A DNA stretch of 64,000 nucleotides from assembly GCA_965287045.1 (NCBI GenBank), contig OZ336873.1, positions 40,920,001 through 40,984,000 of the forward strand, in the 5' to 3' direction. Positions within the stretch are counted from its first letter, which is position 1, and every line of letters begins with the position of its first letter. The DNA comes from Carcharhinus amblyrhynchos. Taxonomy: Eukaryota. Below, piece after piece: positions 24,951-37,129 of the stretch. The notes below the pieces were generated by a model. That model saw only the letters and a list, made by a program, of their open reading frames with translations. It was not told the origin of the DNA and did not search any database. A program made the translations under genes and the position numbers.

Positions 24951-25559
24951 ATAGTCTCAAAGTATAAGTTCAGTGTGCAGCCTTGGAGAATGGAGGCATT
25001 AGTATAGGAGGCACAAGTGTATTATATCTGCCATCCCATCAATGAAGGGCAGGCATGGGGTAACAATGAACACTATTCATTTCTGACCAATGAGTATTTG
25101 AAAGCTCATTGGAACGCCACTTCAAACAATAAATAAACCAAAATAGCTCTGCATTTTATTTAATTTACACCTAATAACTCCCACCAGAGGACTCCAGGTG
25201 TCACATCTCCAGAATGAAATGTTGCTCACCTCTATATAAGTGCTAGCATCTCAGGGGTGAGGCTGCATCAGGCACAATGCAAATAAGACACCCAAAGCTG
25301 TGTAGCCCACATTTCCCAAAGGTCTCTCAATCATAGCTTCCCTTTCTGAACTCCTTAACCATTGCTGTCTTTGATGTTTACTTTCAGAGAGAAGATAAAA
25401 GGACTAATGAATCCAGAGCTTAATGCTGCTTTTCCCAGTCCTCATTCAATGGAATCGGTGAAGGAGGGAGAGGCATTGGTTCACACAGCTCCAACAGGAG
25501 TCACTATCTAGGGTCAAGTGGCCAAGGAGAGCCTGAGCAATAATAGAAAGACAAGGTTA

Positions 25560-28400
25560 GACCTAGGCAGCAGAGACGATGTACCACACCAAGGGCTTAT
25601 TGCTTTTCTTCTATTTACAAATGAGTGAGAGCAAGTGCCAGGCTCACTTGTGATTGTCCAGAGACCTCATGCATCACATATGCCACATTCTTTATGAAAA
25701 CCTGATGCCAGATGGGGTTAGAGGCTTCTCCCTGCTCGTGGCTTTGAAGGTGCTGGCAGCACTCAAATTTTTTTGCCTCTAGGTCTTTCCAGGAATCAAT
25801 GGGAATCAGAGCGGTAGCTCTCCTTTGCAACACATCACTGCATAAAAGGTCACCGATGCCCTTTACAGGAAGGCCCATCATTATATCAGGTTTGCTCTGG
25901 ACGTGTATAGCCAGGCTCAAAGATTCACTGCCTCGCAGCTACCAAAAGTATTCCACTACACCCATGTGGTTATTTGGGCTCCTTGGCAGCAGTACCTAAT
26001 TTTTTTTTCCAAAAATATACTTTATTCACGAAAATCTCAAATAAACCATTTCAAATCTACATGTCTATGAATTGCAAAATAGCGCAGAATTAAAATTTTT
26101 TACAGTTCTATACAAATTACAGTTATTTCATTTCAATACTTAAAACTATATACATGCCTCAAAAATTACTGTGTGCCGTCATTGTTCAGATTGGCACACA
26201 GTTACGCAGGTCGAGGGTACTCTGCAGTTCCCGGGCCCTCGGTCTGCCTCCGTTAAAAGGCCTTACAATGTGGCCTTTCCTCATTGTGCCTTTGCGGCGG
26301 CTGCCCCAAGCTTCAGCGTGTCCCTCAGCACGTAGTCCTGGACCTTGGAATGTGCCAGTCTGCAACACTCGGTTGAGGACAGTTCTTTCAACTGGAAGAT
26401 CAGCAAGTTTCGGGCGGACCAAAGTGCGTCCTTCACCGAGTTGATGACCTTCCAGCAGCAGTTGATATTTGTCTCGGTGTGCATCCCCGGAAACAGCCCG
26501 TAGAGCACAGAGTTCTGCGTCACCGAGCTGCTCGGGACGAACCTCGACAAATACCACTGCATCTCACTCCAGACCTTCTTTGCAAAGGCACATTCCACAA
26601 GGAGTTGCGCGACCATCTCATCAGCCCCACAGCCGCTTCGAGGGCAGCGTGCGGTGCTGTTGAGACCTCAAGCGTGCATAAAGGATCTGACAGGGAGTGC
26701 CCTTCTCACCACCAGCCAAGCCAGATCTTGGTGCTTGTTTGTAAGTTCTGGTGATGAGGCGTTCTGCCAGATGACACTGACAGTCTGCTCAGGGAACCAT
26801 CTGACAGGGTCCGTCATCTCCTTTTCTCTCAGGGCCCCAAGGACATTACGCACTGACCACTGCTTAATCGCCATGTGGTCAAAGGTGTGTTTTCGGAAAA
26901 ATTTCTCCACGAAGAACAGGTGCTGCGGTACGGTCCAACTACTCAGAGCGTTCCGCGGCAGTGTGGCCAGTCCCATCCTTTGCAACACTCGGGACAGGTA
27001 GAACCTCAAAAAGTAGTGGCACTTGCTGTTAGTGGAGGATCTACGCACAGCTTGATGCAGCCGTACACAAAAGGTGGCCATCAGGATGAGGGCAGCGTTG
27101 GGAACACTTTTCCCTCCGTTCTCTGGAGATTTGTGCATCGCCTCCCTCTGAACGTGATCCATCTTTGATCTCCAGATGGACTTGAAGGTGGCCTGCGTCA
27201 CTGCTGCAGCGCAGGATTTGGGGATAGGCCACACCTGCGCCACGTACAACACGGACAGCACGTCGCACCGGATCACCAGGTTTTTTCCGGTCATGGAGAG
27301 GGAGCGTTGCTCCCACAAGCCCAGTTTCTGCCTGGCTTTCACGATACGCTCGTCCCAGTTTTTGGCGCATGCCCCTGCTGCTCCAAACCATATCCCCAGC
27401 ACCTTCAGGTAATCTGCCCTGACGGTGAGGGGGACAAAGGATTTGTCAGCCCAGTTCCCAAAGAACATTGCCTCGCTCTTACCCTGGTTGACTTTGGCTC
27501 CCGAGGCCAGCTCGAACTCCTCCCAGACCTGGAGGAGCCTGCGAACAGACGAGGGGTCCAAGCAGAAGACAGCCACATCATCCACGTACAGGGAGGCTTT
27601 GACTTGCATGCCTCCGCTGCCTGGGATTGTCACCCCTTTGATGCCTGGGTTGCTTCTGAGGGCCTCAGCAAAGGGTTCAACGCAACACACAAAAAGAACC
27701 GAGGAGAGAGGGCAGGCCTGTCTGACTCCAGACCTGATTTGAAAGCTATCTGATTCCCACCCTTTGACTAAAACTACGCTACTGATGTCTGTGTAGAGCA
27801 GCTGGATCCAATTGCAGATTCCCTCCCCAAAGCCCATTTTGGAGAGCACATCCAGCATGTAGCTGTGCGATATTCTGTCAGACGCCTTCTCACAGGCAGG
27901 TGGATACCTGCCTCAACAGCCTGGCAGCAGTACCTAATGTTTCTAGCCTCAAGGGCTATGAATCACCAACATTCAAATAGTGTGTGACTGTCACAAGCAC
28001 ATCCTGCACATGTATGCACGTTACTGTGGGAGTTGCCATTTGTCCAACAACCTCAGTCACTGCAAGACGCCTGGGATTCTCAAGGGAACAGAACATCTGC
28101 AGGGATGGTTGCCGGGGGAATGACTTGGTTACACTGCCCTAAAATCCATGCAGAGGAAACGTACAATACCGTTCACAAACACTCCCTTATGATAAGGTTT
28201 CTGAAGATGCACTTCAAATGCCAGAACCGCTCAGGTGGATCTCTGCAATACACACCAGGAAGCTTTCCCACATGATTGCAGCGTGTTAGCCCTCCACAAT
28301 CTGGCTACGCATGAAAGTGAGCCCTTGCTAGAGGGTCAGCTATGGGAGATGAAGGCCAAGGGGTTTGCTGAAGGTCAATATGAACTTAGACCATGGAGGA
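25560..28400 (+). mobile_element. Decayed Harbinger transposase gene interrupted by a Tx1-like LINE
   Basis: Before the LINE: VALKVLAALKFFASRSFQ..KVTDALYRKAHHYIRF. After it: NIQIVCDCHKHILHMYARYCGSCH..GWL..FLKMHFKCQNRSGGSLQYTP..ALHNLA (HARBI1/DDE_Tnp_4-like). Confidence 0.85.
26001..27921 (-). mobile_element. 5'-truncated Tx1-like (L1-clade) non-LTR retrotransposon
   Basis: 396-aa ORF with GVRQACPLS, LYVDDV, ASGAKVN; C-terminal zinc motif CPRSGC..LLVEC; poly(A) at ~26001-26008; 17-bp TSD tggcagcagtacctaat (25984-26000 and 27922-27938). Confidence 0.95.
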
Positions 28401-28513
28401 AGGAACATGTTTTTTGGTACTTCAATTGCTGAAAGGTTCCAGAAGAAATAAAGTAAGGTCATTTGGAATCATCTCTCTGAGACCTCCAAGCCATTCCCTG
28501 TCATCTCAGGGGA

Positions 28514-28650
28514 TATGATGTGGATGTGCTGGCGTTGGACTGGGGTAAACACAGTAAAAAGTCTGATAACACCAGGTTTAAGTCCAACTGATTTATTTGA
28601 TAGTAAACTCACTAGCTTTCGGGTTGGTCCCTTCGTCAGGTGAATGGAGA
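28514..28650 (-). mobile_element. Penelope-type terminal repeat with hammerhead-ribozyme core
   Basis: Minus strand: cacCTGACGAagggaccaacccGAAAgctag...aataaatcagttggact..acctggtgtt..ccagtccaacgccagcacatccacatcat. A truncated relative lies at ~61234-61300. Confidence 0.6.
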
Positions 28651-28804
28651 GTTCTGGGAATAGCCATACCATCATTGAGACAACAAGTCCTGCAGTTACA
28701 CATGATTTCTGATCTCATGACTCTCTAGGATCTGATCTTAGTTTTGATCAGTGGTGACCAGCTAATGCACTCAGTCAACTTAAAGTTTATAAAACTTTAT
28801 AAAG

Positions 28805-29089
28805 TTTATTTATTTGTGTCACAAGTACGCTTACATTAATACTGCATTGAAATTACTGTGAAAATCCCTTAGTCGCCACACTCCGGTGCCTGTTCGGGTA
28901 CAGCGAGGGAGAATTTAGCGTGGCCAATGCACCTAAGCAGCACGTCTTTTGGATTATGGTGGGAAAGCACAGCACCTGGAAGAAACCCACGCAGGGAGAA
29001 TGTGCAGACTCCACACAGACAATAACCTAAGCCAGGAATCCAACAGGTCCCTGGTGCTGTGAGGCAGCAGTGCTAACGACTGCACCACC
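28805..29089 (-). mobile_element. tRNA-derived V-SINE
   Basis: Reverse complement of the same family as 4473-4735 (gggagaatgtgcagactccacacagac; gctgtgaggcagcagtgctaac). Confidence 0.85.
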
Positions 29090-29539
29090 TGAGGGACAAG
29101 AATAATGCAAGAGTAAACTTGAAGCTTTCACTGCCACCTAATGATGCAAATACTGCTCTGAATGACTGGCCTAGGGATCTCATTCTAAAGTGCCTGTCTT
29201 GAATTTGGACACTAATAATGAGGAGACCCAAATGGCATTAGAGTCCAAATTCAAGACATTGAGGAATAAGGGCTCAAAACATTTCCATCATATATTTCTA
29301 ACAAAGATTTAAACACATCTCCATGATAACACACAAGGGTCCAAACACTAGGGTTGACATCATATGAATGTTTATTTTATAATAGGATATCATCACTGGG
29401 TGAGAGGATGACTCAACCCTGAAATAAGGTTTTCAAAGTACAAAATCAACACCTTCAGTTGACCAGAATATTCAAATACCTATCAAATGAATGTTGATAG
29501 GTACAATTTATTTACAGTGATAGCACACCCATGAACCAG

Positions 29540-31150
29540 AAGTGAACCTTGGTGCAGCCTTGACATCTGCAGCAGAGGTTGAGGCAGCCTGCTGGCTGCT
29601 ACATCCTGATGCCTATGATGATCTTGGCTGATGTCCTCTGACACGACACCTGGAGGGCCCCAGCCGAATAAAGGTCTCCTGCATAGGGGCAGAGCCATCC
29701 TCAGTGGCCTGAGCTGCTGGGATAAGTACAGGGATAGGCAGAAGAGACTCTGAGCAGTTACAGACCCTTAAGAGTGCCCTGAGTGGAGGCCTCTGGAGTG
29801 TCTAGCTGACACTTATCCTTCCTGTGGGTGCCACAGGGCCCCAGCCAGACTCCTGCAGAAAATGGGGCACCTGTAACTGGGTCAAGGTGCCTCGTCTCTA
29901 AGCCACCTGATCATGATGGTATGACCAGGATGCATGCCCATGAAGTGCAAGGCTAAGAGCAAATCTGGCAGGACTTCTGGATCAAGGTAGTTCCCATAGT
30001 GACCTTGAGGCGCTCACATCTCAGCCACAACATCAGAAGGAATGCAGATGGACTTCTACATCATTTTCTCTGGTCTGCTGATAGAGTTTCAACAGTCAAT
30101 CTGCATCTTCACCATCGAGCTGTCTGTCAGTTGCAGAGGCTCATCATCTGACTGGGACTGAGCAGTTGGCTGGTCTCCAGGAAACTCTCCTGGGCTGTTC
30201 CTACCTTGCTGCTGCAAGGGTGTGTCAATGAGACGTTCTCCAAAAAGTGACATGGAGTCTAATCTGGAGCAATGCCCCACCAATGTGTGTGAGTCTGTGC
30301 TGGTAGAGAATGTGGTTGAACACTGTGACAGACTTTCATCAGCCCCTCATCCTCATACATGCTTTGAGAGCTGGGACTGCTGTTCAACTGCCTGGCTGGC
30401 CACAATCTACTGATGACTGCAAGAAAGAAAGGACAGTTTTAATGGACAAATTGAAGCTACTTCAGAGTACATTTGACTCACTTTGTCAGGATTTGATGAA
30501 GTAATGAAGCTGTGATCTGTATTAAGTTGCTGGGAAAGGCTACTCTCCACTTAGCCACAGGGACAATCCTTGTCCTCCCTAGCAATATCAGCTGCAGCCT
30601 CACAGAATTCTAAGGGCAAGGACCTCTGCTATCCCTCCCCCAGTCTGGGTTCACTCTTGCTTGTTGTGCATCATCTAGTATGAAGGAAAAAAGGCATGTA
30701 ATCTGCAGGGTTGGGGCAGAAACTGGATGAAATATATGCACTCTGAGTGGTGAGTCTGCCCCAGAAGATGGAGTTTGAACAATATGACAGATGGGATGGT
30801 GGTGACATGAAAATGCTCATGAGAGAATGAGGGTTGATATGTGTCCCCCGCTAATGGATGTGAGCGATATATGAAGAGATGGTGAGAATTTGATATTGAA
30901 GGGAGTTGAAGGACGACTTACCTGGTGGAGCAGGTGAGATTATTCATCCGTTTCCTTCACTGCATTGCACTTCTGACATGACTGCCAGCTGTGCTGACAT
31001 CCTCAGCAATGATTTTATGTGCTTCCTAGAACTATCCCTTGGGTAAAGGACATACTTATGCACTCTGACTCCTCGAAACAAGAGATCAAGGGCCTGACGG
31101 CTGAAGTAGGATGTTGCCTTCTTCTTGAGGGAGGTAGAATTTTGCTTGTG
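29540..31150 (-). mobile_element. Decayed Harbinger Myb/SANT DNA-binding gene (intron-containing)
   Basis: KKATSYFSRQALDLLFRGV..LYP..QC/RKRMNNL resembles Myb_DNA-bind_5, then donor ccag|gtaagt at 30922; downstream SDDEPL segment; TIR-like ggggaaattgcaccc near 31410. Confidence 0.7.
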
Positions 31151-31414
31151 GCTGGATGCCAGCTGGGTTGGAGTGATATGAATATGTGTACTGGCATTTA
31201 AATATGGTGGTGGTACCATTGAACTATCCAGATGACAGCAGGCAAACGAATCAGGTGCCAGGTGATTCAGAGAAATACCCATTTGTGCATAAATACTAAG
31301 GCTCCAAACACAGAATCTGCCACAAGTCTGTGCCATCCCATCCAGCAGGAATGATGCCACTGGAACTGTCCACCACCCCATTTAGGCAAAGAAAGGGGGA
31401 AATTGCACCCATAC

Positions 31415-31537
31415 GCCAAAATTCTACCATCCTGTCATGGGATTTGGAGCAGGCGAGGGGCGGACAATGAGAAGATTTGTTGACCTCTGGTGGGGATTTT
31501 CCAGACTTGGGTCAAGTGAGGCTGTAAAATCCCTCCC
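31415..31537. mobile_element. Short MITE
   Basis: Begins ..aaaattctacc, has internal gggattttcc, ends gtaaaatccctccc; TIR style like the Harbinger MITE at 10795. Confidence 0.4.
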
Positions 31538-31647
31538 ATAATGTGCAAAGCCAATGTTATAAATACTGGAATTAGCCAAAAGTATCCCAAATAAGAATAT
31601 TTACAATAGTAGCAAGTGGCAGAACAATATTGTCATGGATAACACAC

Positions 31648-31870
31648 CTCATGAAGGACTGGATGGAAAGCTACCACTGTGGGAAATTGAGCAAAGCAGA
31701 ATAGTATGCAACAGTGATCAGCCACTTTATGCAAGAATAGGTTGTGCCAAGGTCTTGGTGCTAAACTCTTCAATTGATTTATTTCCGATATAATATTATT
31801 TGTTATTGTTTGCTCAGTTATTTTGCAGCATAACACAAATGCTTTGCTTTTGAATAATTCACACCACTTT
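31648..31870 (-). other. Candidate 223-nt internal exon, open in one frame (KWCELFKSK...HPVLHE)
   Basis: Acceptor aatttttcttttgtgcag|, donor gag|gtgtgt; no stop across 74 codons; peptide not recognised. Confidence 0.35.
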
Positions 31871-33517
31871 CTGCACAAAAGAAAAATTGCAAGATGTGTT
31901 AAAAGGCAAATTATTTTGTTAAATTATCTAGTGCTGAAGTGAGTCTGATTAATGTATTTGCTTCCATATCTGCACCCTCTATGTTTGCACTACTTTATGC
32001 TGGCTTTCAATGTACAGTTGTGGAGGTACATTCTAGAACTGCAGCGACTCAGAAATCCAATTATTTGATTTCTGGCTAATCTCTTGCATCAGATGTTGTT
32101 GTTGTAGATTCAGTGCTAACAAAGGCAAGTTTGTAAAGGCCTGTCTGATGATGCAAAATATTGACCAACATAAATGTCAGTTGGCAGCACCGATGTTACT
32201 CTTTGCATGCTATTGCTGGAGGACATCTCCTTGAACTATCTACCACTCTTTGCAAATGTCACACTGTGGAAATTATTGAGGCTCCAGAATCTGTGTCATG
32301 CTTTTTACTATATATGCTCCAAATGTGCCAAAGGCAGTAGTAATTTCATATTCGAGTATTGGTCCTAAAACCTCTACAGCAAGAGTGAGTACGCGACAGC
32401 AATGGAAATATCCATACTATAGTTGCATAAATGTGAAATTTCCTGCAAATGCTACTAGTGTTGACATGTGCTCAGATTACAGAAGACTGTACTGTTAAAT
32501 TAATTGAATTATAGAATGATACAGCAAAGAACCATGGTTCGAACCATGGTGCCCGTGCTGACTCTTTGTCGGACATATCCAATTAATCCCATTCCTACCC
32601 CTGCTTTTTCCCAATAATCTTGTTTCTTTTTCATTCATGCATTTATCCAATTCACTTGTATAGTTAATGTGGGAATAGCAAGTGAATATCTGGGTGCTGA
32701 ATTCCTTCTTTACATCTATTGTGTACAAGGAAGCAAGTAGGTCCCCAAACTTGACTCTGCTGTGCATCTCTGAAAGAACCATGAACAAGCTGAGTAGGAT
32801 CTCAAAGAATGCAAGGTCTTACCCTAAAGTCAGCTGACTCCTCATCAAAATCTAGTATTTGCTCCTATTTCTGCAATTTCAGTATGTTTGTCCCCTGATT
32901 AATATCTAAAAAAACACAATAAGCAGCTGTGTTTGTGCCAATTTCAAGTGGCAGTAATGACAGCTGATCATAGTTATATTGTGTTCGTAACATACAACTG
33001 AGTATGCAATGCACTTATCCATCTTTATCCACTTACCTTAACACGTGTGCCTATGCACAACTATTGTATCGATACTTGACCATGTAACATATCAAGCACA
33101 TTGTAGAATATCTATTTTAGATAATGTCTTTACCTCCAGTTGCCACAATCTTCATGTTTTTTAAACTCTTCCTTATCAGAAAATCCTGCTTTGCTTCTTC
33201 ATGTAAATACCAGTTCTTTCAGATCTAGCATCCGATATCTTCTGGGTGTTGCGCACTTATATGTGGGCTGAATTTAAACCTAAGACCAATGGTGATTGAG
33301 ACATGATGAATTGGACCTTTGAAGTTTCTTCCTGCTCTCTCCTGTAATGAGATAGAGAACATAATTTACACAATCTTGCTGTTTTTACTTTTCATATCTT
33401 CTTTGCAACATCCTGGTGAATTATTTTGTTGATAAAGTAATTTTACATACATCTGTCGCAACTACTATTTTCCTTCAACCAAATGTCCTACACTCTACAT
33501 CATCATCTACGCCTTAC

Positions 33518-33573
33518 CCTTGTGAGCTTCTTTAAACTGTGTGTATTTTTCTGGACCTCCAAGCCAAGTCTCA
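33518..33573 (-). other. Candidate 56-nt internal exon
   Basis: Acceptor attatttttacag|, donor agg|gtaagg; open in two frames. Confidence 0.3.
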
Positions 33574-33834
33574 CTGTAAAAATAATATGTTACTGCATTT
33601 CATTACACTTTTGTGTGCTGCAAATGGAGCTGGTCTCCCACTAAAATGATGGTGCTTACCAAGGGTATCTTGCTAATTTACTATATTTTTATTAAGATTT
33701 ACAATACAACGAGAATAGTTTGAAGGCTCTTCATGTGGGAGTCCTCCCTTTTTCTATTGGTGACCTGGGGTGAACAGTGCTGCACCACAATCAAAGTTAA
33801 AGGTGGTTCATGGATTCCCAGGCCATATTCCACA

Positions 33835-35790
33835 TCTTCAATTATCCAAACATAGATTGGGATAGGAATACTGCAGCAAAGGGTCAAGGGGGACATGAGG
33901 TTCTGAAATGCGCTCAAAATCTTTTTTATGCAATGGTCTGTTCATTGAGAGGACAGGCAATGTTGAACTTGGTTCTGGGAAATGAGTTGGCTCAAGTGAA
34001 TAAAAATCAGTGGGAGAACATTTAGCAGACAGTGACAATTGTATCCTAAGGTCTCGGTTGGCCATGGAAAAACATAATGAGCACTCCAGAGCAGGGATAA
34101 TTAACTGGGGAAAAGCCAACTTCAATGGTAGAAGAATGCATCCACGTCAAATGAGTTGGAATTGAATGTTGCTAGAAAAGACAGTGGCTGAAAAATGAGC
34201 CATCTTCAAAGAAAAAAAGTCTTGCAGTCAATATCAAGATGTAATCCCACGAAGGGGAAAAGGTAAAACAAAAAATCCAGAGCACCCTGGATGACAGGAC
34301 AGATGGAGGTGAAGATGAAAAAGAAGTAGTGCAACTACAAGAAATGTTACATAGAAAATAAAATGGAGAATCAGGCTGAATATAGAAGGACCAGAGGGAA
34401 AGTGAAAAAAACTAAGAAAAGCAAGGAGACAGCATGAAAACAGACTGACAGCTAATGTTACTGACAGTTAATAGTAACATAAAAAGGAATCCCAAGGTCT
34501 TCTATAAGCATAGAAATAATAAAAAGGTGCTAAAAAGAGTAGGAATGATTAGGAGTAAAAATGGGGACTTGCACATGGAAGCAGGAGAAATAGTGGAGGT
34601 AATAAAACGAGTACATTGCATCTGTTTTTACAAAGGAAAAAAGATGCTACCCAGGCCTAGGTGAGGAAGGGAATAAAAGAATTTATAATTAAGGAGGCAG
34701 TGTTAAAAAGGTTATTTTTACTTAAAATTGAAAATGTGCTAGAACGGGACGAGATGCTTCGAAGGCTACTAAGGGAAGTGAGAGTGGAAATTGCAGAGGC
34801 GCTAATGACAGTATTCCAATCTTCTTTGGACACAGGATGGTGCCAAACTACTGAAGAATTATGAATGTTACAGCTTTGTTCAAAAAGGAATGCAAGGATA
34901 AAGCCAGCAACTACAGACCAGTCAGTTTGATTTCAGTAGTAAGAAAATTTCTGGAACCTAAAATTTGGGAAAAAATTAATAATCACATAGACAAGTGTAG
35001 GATAATTAAGGAAAGCCATGAAAGGATTCATCACAAGAAAATAATGTTTAAATTGACATGCTGGAGTCTTTTGAGGGGGCATCAGAGAAGGTTGGTAAGG
35101 GCATCTGCTTTGATGTGATGTATTTTGATTTTCAAAAGGCATTTGATACAGTGCAACACAACAAACCTGTGAACAAAACTCTATTTTCTCTTCCATTCCA
35201 TAAGCTAGACACGTGGATTAAAAAATTGTTTAAATGACAGGATACAGAGAGTAGTGATAAATCATTGTTTTTCAGAATGGAGGAAGGTTTATAGTGGAGC
35301 TCCCCAGGGGTCAGTTTTGGGATCCTTGCTCTTCCTGATATATATTAGAAATCTAAACTGTGGTGTTCAGAGCATGATTGCAAAATATGTAGATAATACA
35401 AAGATCAGAAACATTGTCAACTGTGATGAGGCTAGTCTTGAACTTCAGAAGGACTTAGAGCTGTCGGTGGATTGGGCAGGTAATTGCAGATGAAGTTCAA
35501 TGCAAGGAATTGAGGTGATCCATTTTATTCCTGTCAAAATGAAAGTGACAGCATAAAAAGGGGAAAAATTCTAAAGGAGTTGCAGGGACAGAGGGACCTC
35601 AGTGTATGGGTACATAAGTTATCAAAGATGGCAGGGCATGTTGAAAGAGCAGTTAATAAGGCAAATAGAATTAGTAGGGGCGTCAAGCAGGAGGTCATGT
35701 TAAACTTGTACAAGACATTTGTTAGGTCTCAACTGGAATACCATGTTCAGGTCTGGGTGCCTTACTTAAGGAGAGATGTGGATGTCTTTG
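33835..35790 (+). mobile_element. Degenerate CR1 LINE ORF2
   Basis: FNYPNIDW, NVTALFKK..NYRPVSLISVV, DFQKAFD, SGAPQGSVLG, LYKTFVRSQLEY. Confidence 0.9.
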
Positions 35791-36279
35791 AAGAGAATAG
35801 AGGTGGTAATATTGGAGACCAGGTCCATACTGAGCCCCTGGCTGATTTTGGGCTTCTGGTATCGTCCACATGGAACCTATTAGAGATGCAACAGCAAGCA
35901 GGGGAACATCACATACAACTGCCAAAGATATTGTGCAGACATGTTAATCATGAAGGGAGTCCATCCAGGTCATTAATTCTACCATATCTCAAGTGGATAA
36001 GCACTTGGTTTACATCATGGAGAGTTTGGCAACCATCATGGTGAACCAGGTTCAGCAGACTGCTTGGTGGATGCTTGCATCTGTATGCCATTTCTCTGAC
36101 CATATGCATGGTGATGACTTGGACTTGGACTTCTTCCTAGGTGCCCCTCCCTCTTCAATAATCAAGGATGTTGTCATGCACAGACAGTGCGAAGCTGCCT
36201 CCTCTTAGGGTGTTCAGAAGTTCAGCAAGCATTGCTTAGCTATCTGGCATGATCCTGCAACCGTGTAGGAGCCCTTCAG

Positions 36280-36600
36280 TAGGACTAGGTGGCAGCCTCA
36301 AGATAAAGGGGGGTGCGGTTTAGAACGGAGTTGAGGAGGAACTTCTTCACTCAAAGGGTGGTGAATCTCTGGAATTCTCTGCCCGTTGAAGTGGTGGAGG
36401 CTGCCTCGCTAAATGTTTTTAAGACGTGGATTGATGGGTTTTTGATAAGCGAGGAGATTAAGGGTTATGGGAAGAGGGCGGGAATGTGGAACTGAGCCAC
36501 GACAGATCAGCCACGACAGATCAGCCACGACCTTATTGAATGGCGGGGCAGGCTCGAAGGGCTAGATGGCCTACTCCTGCTCCTATTTCTTATGTTCTTA
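36280..36600 (+). mobile_element. Young CR1 3' end
   Basis: FRTELRRNFFTQRVVNLWNSLP; tail ttcttatgttctta; internal 14-bp tandem duplication agccacgacagatc. Confidence 0.9.
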
Positions 36601-37129
36601 AGGCCTTGGGCAACCTGAGATGGCCTCTAAGGTCATCTCAGACAACAGGACGTTGCTGTCAATAGCTTCACTCTTTCACAGTTGTAAATGACAGGATCAC
36701 ACATCATAGTGACCAGTAAGAGCTGGTAATCACAAAGGTGGTATGGGTGTTCCAACATTAGATTGCAGTATGCGTTAGTGTTTGATCAAATAATCTTGTT
36801 CACTTTATTCATGCGTGGTGGTTGATTTTATTAGTAGAAACTGGTTAGCAAGGCAATCACTTGCATGATAAGTGGCTTGGGTGAAGAGGAAGTATTGATA
36901 TTTCAGTGATTCGGGTAGAGTGGCTTGTCTGCATTTATTCATGATTTGATGTCAGGTAGATATGCATAAGTCACGTGGATATACAGCCAAAAGCCAACTG
37001 GTTTTCAAAGGCTTCACGCTTTCTAAAACCTGTACAGATTGAGCAATTCAAAGGCCTCTCCCACGCATGTCGCCTTGGCAACTTATGTTAAAACCCTAAC
37101 ATCCACGTCTTCTGCTCTGATGCATCCTC

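Noticed and set aside
25240-25380. Ankyrin-like words VNIKDSNG and GYTAL on the minus strand
   Set aside because: Different frames, immediate stops, and probably within the 5' part of the Harbinger element.
26154-27753. Several plus-strand ORFs over the Tx1 element
   Set aside because: Antisense shadows of the GC-rich RT ORF.
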